From Candidatus Latescibacterota bacterium (GTDB taxonomy: Bacteria > Latescibacterota > UBA2968): 64,000 bases of DNA. This document shows positions 60,026 through 64,000 of the stretch, piece by piece. The number at the start of each line of letters is the position of its first letter. Position 1 is the first letter of the stretch. Where the stretch lies: assembly GCA_965222605.1 (NCBI GenBank), contig OZ244960.1, forward strand, positions 1,472,001 through 1,536,000, in the 5' to 3' direction. Position numbers and translations under genes: made by a program. Below the pieces are notes generated by a model. It worked only from the letters and a program-made list of their open reading frames with translations, was not told the origin of the DNA and ran no database searches.

Positions 60026-60424
60026 ATGGAATGCACCCTGCTCATCGTCAAACCCGACGCTGTTGCACAAAATGTAATCGGTGAAATCATTCGCCGTCTC
60101 GAAGAAAAAAAATTTCGGATTGTAGATCTGAAAATGGTTCGCCTCACGCGCAAACAGGCCGCCGAGTTTTATGCAGTACATCGCCAACGGCCTTTTTACA
60201 ACGACCTGCTCGATTTTATGACCTCTGGCCCCTGTGTGCCCATGGCACTCAAACGAGACAACGCCGTCGCATTTTTGCGCGAAGCCATTGGCAGCACCAA
60301 TCCCGAAGAAGCCGCAGAAGGCACCATTCGCAAAGACTTTTCAACCGATATTCAAAACAATGCCGTACACGCCTCAGATTCACTGGAAAACGCGGCCAAA
60401 GAAGTGGCTTTCTTTTTTGAGTAA
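60026..60424 (+). CDS. ndk: Nucleoside diphosphate kinase
   Basis: IVKPDAV, FYAVH, MTSGP, GTIR, NAVHASDS. Confidence 0.96.
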   Translation: MECTLLIVKPDAVAQNVIGEIIRRLEEKKFRIVDLKMVRLTRKQAAEFYAVHRQRPFYNDLLDFMTSGPCVPMALKRDNAVAFLREAIGSTNPEEAAEGTIRKDFSTDIQNNAVHASDSLENAAKEVAFFFE

Positions 60425-60440
60425 AGCGGTCAACTACCTT

Positions 60441-60956
60441 ATGAAAATAGACCTGAGAGATATACGGGAAGGCGAAACCGAATTCGCGTTTGAAGAAACG
60501 CCAGCCGACCTGCACATTACCGAAGAAGACACCCAATTTGCAGGTGCCATAAACACCCGTCTCGTCGTGTACAAATTTGGCGACTCGCTCTCGGCCAAAG
60601 GTCAAACCACCTGTCTCGTGCGCCCCGAATGCGCGCGGTGCCTGGAATCCATCGAATTTCCCATGGCAGTCTCATACACATTCGTTTTTCAAAAAGGTCG
60701 TCCCGACCAGATGAACGATGACGATGACGAAACGCTGATCTGGCTCAATGAAGAACCCGGCGAAATAGACCTGGGCAATCACGTAAAAGATTATATTTTG
60801 CTCGAACTACCCATGATTCCAACTTGCGCTGCATTGCCTTCTGGCCCTTGTGAACGCTATGAGCAAGACCCCCACGAATTGCTGGAATACACGCGCGAAA
60901 AGAGCACTGACCCGCGTTGGGATGCTCTCCGCGCACTCAAAGAAAGCGAACAGTAA
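60441..60956 (+). CDS. DUF177/YceD family protein
   Basis: CARCL, DPRWDAL; position upstream of rpmF. Confidence 0.88.
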   Translation: MKIDLRDIREGETEFAFEETPADLHITEEDTQFAGAINTRLVVYKFGDSLSAKGQTTCLVRPECARCLESIEFPMAVSYTFVFQKGRPDQMNDDDDETLIWLNEEPGEIDLGNHVKDYILLELPMIPTCAALPSGPCERYEQDPHELLEYTREKSTDPRWDALRALKESEQ

Positions 60957-60985
60957 ACGGAGCATTAATCAAAAAGGAATACCCT

Positions 60986-61168
60986 ATGGCAAACCCCAAA
61001 CGAAAAAGTTCACGTTCTCGCACAGGTAAACGCCGTGCCAATTGGAAGCTGCGTCAACCCACCTTTAACGAGTGCCCCAACTGCGGGCAACAAAAAATAC
61101 CCCATCGGGTCTGTGGAAATTGCGGTTATTACAATGGGCGCGAAGTGGTTGAAACCGATGGCTTTTAA
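60986..61168 (+). CDS. rpmF: 50S ribosomal protein L32
   Basis: [27 protein letters not shown]. Confidence 0.96.
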   Translation: MANPKRKSSRSRTGKRRANWKLRQPTFNECPNCGQQKIPHRVCGNCGYYNGREVVETDGF

Positions 61169-61213
61169 TTTGGGTCTAATGTCGCGCAGACTTTGAGGAG
61201 CAGAGTAATTATC

Positions 61214-62206
61214 ATGTATCCCCTTACAGCCACCATCAGCGGGATTGGGCACTATGTTCCAGAACAAAAGCTGACCAATACCGACCTCGAAAAAATGGTC
61301 GATACATCCGACGAGTGGATCACATCCCGCACCGGCATCAAAGAACGCCGCATCCTCGACAAAGGATTGGGCACCTCTTTTATGGCCCTAAAATCTCTGG
61401 AATCTATTCTGCACAACAAAGGGCTCAATGCCAGAGATCTCGACCTGATCATCGTTGCGACCATCACGCCCGACATGGTATTTCCGGCAACAGCCTGTCT
61501 GGTACAGGACCAAATTGGCGCCACAAATGCCTGGGCTTTCGATCTATCGGCAGCCTGTAGCGGTTTTCTATATGCCCTGATAGTGGGGGGGCAATTTATT
61601 GAAACGGGCGCACACAAACGCGTAGCCGTCATTGGGGCAGACACAATGAGCAGCATCACAGACTACACCGATCGCGATACCTGTGTGCTCTTTGGCGATG
61701 GCGCGGGCGCAGTTTTACTCGAACCCGGCGAACCCGGTTTGGGGCTTAAAGACTTTATCCTCTATTCTGATGGCAACGGCGTAAAATATCTGCGGCAACC
61801 CGCTGGCGGCAGTCTGCATCCGGCCTCTCGTGAAACCGTTGATAAGAAAATGCACTATATTTATCAAGATGGCCGCGAAGTTTTCAAATTTGCAGTTCCC
61901 AAAATGGCCGAAGTTTCCGCTCAAATTCTGGAACGCAACGGCCTTGTTGGTGAAGACATCGCGCTTTTTGTGCCGCATCAGGCCAACAAGCGCATCATCG
62001 ACGCATGTGTTAAACGCACAGATATACCCAAAGACCGCGTCGTGGTCAATATCGACCGCTATGCCAACACCTCGGCTGCCACCATTCCCATTGGCCTGTC
62101 TGAAGCGGCCGAACAGGGCCGCCTCAATCGCGGTGACAATGTGCTGCTCGCCAGTGCGGGTGCGGGATATACCTGGGGCAGTACTCTGCTAACCTGGGCT
62201 TATTAG
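61214..62206 (+). CDS. fabH: Beta-ketoacyl-ACP synthase III
   Basis: DTSDEWITSRTGI, AACSGF, FGDGAGA, PHQAN, ANTSAA. Confidence 0.95.
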   Translation: MYPLTATISGIGHYVPEQKLTNTDLEKMVDTSDEWITSRTGIKERRILDKGLGTSFMALKSLESILHNKGLNARDLDLIIVATITPDMVFPATACLVQDQIGATNAWAFDLSAACSGFLYALIVGGQFIETGAHKRVAVIGADTMSSITDYTDRDTCVLFGDGAGAVLLEPGEPGLGLKDFILYSDGNGVKYLRQPAGGSLHPASRETVDKKMHYIYQDGREVFKFAVPKMAEVSAQILERNGLVGEDIALFVPHQANKRIIDACVKRTDIPKDRVVVNIDRYANTSAATIPIGLSEAAEQGRLNRGDNVLLASAGAGYTWGSTLLTWAY

Positions 62207-63124
62207 ATGAATAAAAAAGCGTTTCTATTTCCAGGACAAGGCTCCCAATTTGTTGGCATGGGTCACGACCTGTACAGAAGCGCACCAGAAGCACACAAAA
62301 TTTTTGATCTCGTCGATGATGTGCTCGACATAGACATCAAATCATTCTGCTTCAACGGTCCTGCCGAGTCACTCAAACAAACCGCAGTCACACAACCGGC
62401 AATTTTTGCCCACAGCATTGCCGCCCTTGAAGTAATCAAAAGCCGGGGACTGCACCCCGACCTCGTGGCAGGACACAGCGTCGGAGAACTCGCCGCGCTC
62501 GTTGCGGCAGGTGTTATGCGCGTTGAAGACGGCTTTCGGGTCGTCAGTGTTCGCGGGCATGCCATGCAAGTCGCGGGAAAAATTCGACCAGGCTCCATGG
62601 CCGCAGTACTCGGTCTCAGCGACGACGTGATGATTCAGCTTTGCAAAGACCTCAGTTCTTCGGGTCATGTCACAACAGCCAATTTCAATTGCCCGGGGCA
62701 AGTGGTCCTATCTGGCGAGGAAAGCGCCGTTGAAAAAGCACTCGAAAAAGCCAAAGCACTGGGAGCCAAACGCGCCGTGCTCTTGCCCGTGGGCGGCGCA
62801 TTTCACTCGGCCTTGATGCAACCAGCCATAACAGCACTGACAGATATACTCGACGATGTGCCATTTGCTCGGGCGCAAATCCCCGTGATTCCCAATGTCA
62901 CGGCTGAACCCACATGCGATCCCGTTCTGCTCAAAGACCTGTTGATTGAGCAGGTTATTTCACCCGTTCGCTGGACCGAATCCATGCAACGGCTCATAGC
63001 AGAAGGCATAACCGAGGCCCTCGAAGTGGGGCCAGGCAATGTGCTCAAGGGCCTCATGCGCCGAATTGACCGAAATATTTCAGTCCGCGAAGCTGGCACA
63101 TTGGAAGCTATTGAACAACTTTAG
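62207..63124 (+). CDS. fabD: Malonyl-CoA:ACP transacylase
   Basis: FPGQGSQ, TQPA, GHSVGE, AFHS. Confidence 0.95.
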   Translation: MNKKAFLFPGQGSQFVGMGHDLYRSAPEAHKIFDLVDDVLDIDIKSFCFNGPAESLKQTAVTQPAIFAHSIAALEVIKSRGLHPDLVAGHSVGELAALVAAGVMRVEDGFRVVSVRGHAMQVAGKIRPGSMAAVLGLSDDVMIQLCKDLSSSGHVTTANFNCPGQVVLSGEESAVEKALEKAKALGAKRAVLLPVGGAFHSALMQPAITALTDILDDVPFARAQIPVIPNVTAEPTCDPVLLKDLLIEQVISPVRWTESMQRLIAEGITEALEVGPGNVLKGLMRRIDRNISVREAGTLEAIEQL

Positions 63125-63146
63125 AGCCTTTAACTGACAATTACTC

Positions 63147-63893
63147 ATGAACCGACTCACAGGTAAAACAGCTCTCGTAACAGGCGGATCTCGCGGCATT
63201 GGCGAGGCCATTGCCCTGCGCCTTGCGCGCGAAGGGGCCAACGTCGCAGTATGTGCCAGCCAAAGCACAGAAGCCGCAGAAGCCGTGGCCGAAAAAATCC
63301 GCGCACAAGGCCGAGAGGCCATAGCACAACAAACCGATGTATCCAATGCCGAATCGGTTGAAGCCCTTGTCAAGACCGCCCTCGGCACCTGGGGCAAAAT
63401 TGATATACTCGTCAACAATGCGGGTATCGCCCGCGACAATTTGTTGATGCGTATGAAAGAAGACGAGTGGGATGCTGTCCTTGACGTCAATCTCAAAGGT
63501 GCGTACCATTGTATCAAAGCTGTTACCCGTCCCATGATGAAAGCGCGAACCGGTCGTATCATCAACGTCTCATCGGTCGTGGGTCTCATGGGCAATGCCG
63601 GGCAGATCAATTACGCCGCGTCCAAATCGGGCCTTATTGGCTTGACCAAATCGGTAGCCAGAGAATTAGCCAGCCGCAATATTACGGCCAACGCCATTGC
63701 GCCCGGATTTATTCCAACGGACATGACCGCCAAACTCAACCCTAAAATACAAGAACAATTAATCGCTCAGATTCCACTGGGCAAACTCGGCAGCCCCGAA
63801 GATGTCGCCGCTGCCGCAGCCTTTCTCGCTTCTGACGACGCAGCCTATATTACCGGACAGGTTCTCGTTGTCGATGGCGGAATGGTGATGTAA
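63147..63893 (+). CDS. fabG: 3-oxoacyl-ACP reductase
   Basis: TGGSRGIG, NNAGI, GNAGQINYAASK, VDGGM. Confidence 0.95.
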   Translation: MNRLTGKTALVTGGSRGIGEAIALRLAREGANVAVCASQSTEAAEAVAEKIRAQGREAIAQQTDVSNAESVEALVKTALGTWGKIDILVNNAGIARDNLLMRMKEDEWDAVLDVNLKGAYHCIKAVTRPMMKARTGRIINVSSVVGLMGNAGQINYAASKSGLIGLTKSVARELASRNITANAIAPGFIPTDMTAKLNPKIQEQLIAQIPLGKLGSPEDVAAAAAFLASDDAAYITGQVLVVDGGMVM

Positions 63894-63924
63894 ATAATCA
63901 CTACACACTACACAGGAGGCTCAC

Positions 63925-64000
63925 ATGACCGATGACATTCAACAAAAAGTTACCGACCTGATCGTTGACCAACTCGGCGTCGATGCCGACAGCGTCAATG
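63925..64000 (+). CDS. acpP: Acyl carrier protein, 3' partial
   Basis: AGGAGG RBS; MTDDIQQKVTDLIVDQLGVD; follows fabG. Confidence 0.85.
   Translation, partial: MTDDIQQKVTDLIVDQLGVDADSVN

Noticed and set aside
1-64000. tRNA, rRNA, prophage or integrase
   Set aside because: None recognised by eye; intergenic gaps are short. A tRNAscan/Infernal run would be needed to exclude small RNAs

Overview
Bacterial window of about 60 genes, probably from an FCB-group candidate lineage (Latescibacterota/Gemmatimonadota-like; inferred from the PorV/T9SS-type genes and paired EF-hand/dockerin-like tails). Main blocks: (1) A ~24 kb minus-strand run of aromatic amino acid genes (trpEGD-oxidoreductase-trpCF-tyrS-aldolase-trpBA-chorismate mutase-DAHP synthase-[insert]-tyrA-half aroA-aroE-ubiE-argS-aroK-aroB-purF). 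It is headed by a sigma70 promoter, an unannotated 34-aa leader peptide rich in Phe, Trp and Tyr, an antiterminator segment and an intrinsic terminator, so it looks like a three-amino-acid attenuator. (2) Envelope/ABC genes. (3) A PorV/T9SS-cargo/outer-membrane cluster interrupted by a complete IS5-family element. (4) Accessory genes, toxin-antitoxin modules and a sigma54-driven orphan ABC ATPase. (5) A minus-strand cluster of fatty acyl reductase, HX4D acyltransferase, alkyl-DHAP synthase (AGPS), SDR and lipid kinase that mirrors the eukaryotic peroxisomal ether-lipid pathway. It is divergent from (6) ndk-yceD-rpmF-fabH-fabD-fabG-acpP, which has no plsX. Also present: a single-domain, catalytically degenerate AroA, a 189-bp MITE with a 7-bp target duplication, and a frameshifted metzincin/WD40 gene. 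No rRNA, tRNA or CRISPR array was recognised. All calls come from reading motifs by eye; no database searches were run.
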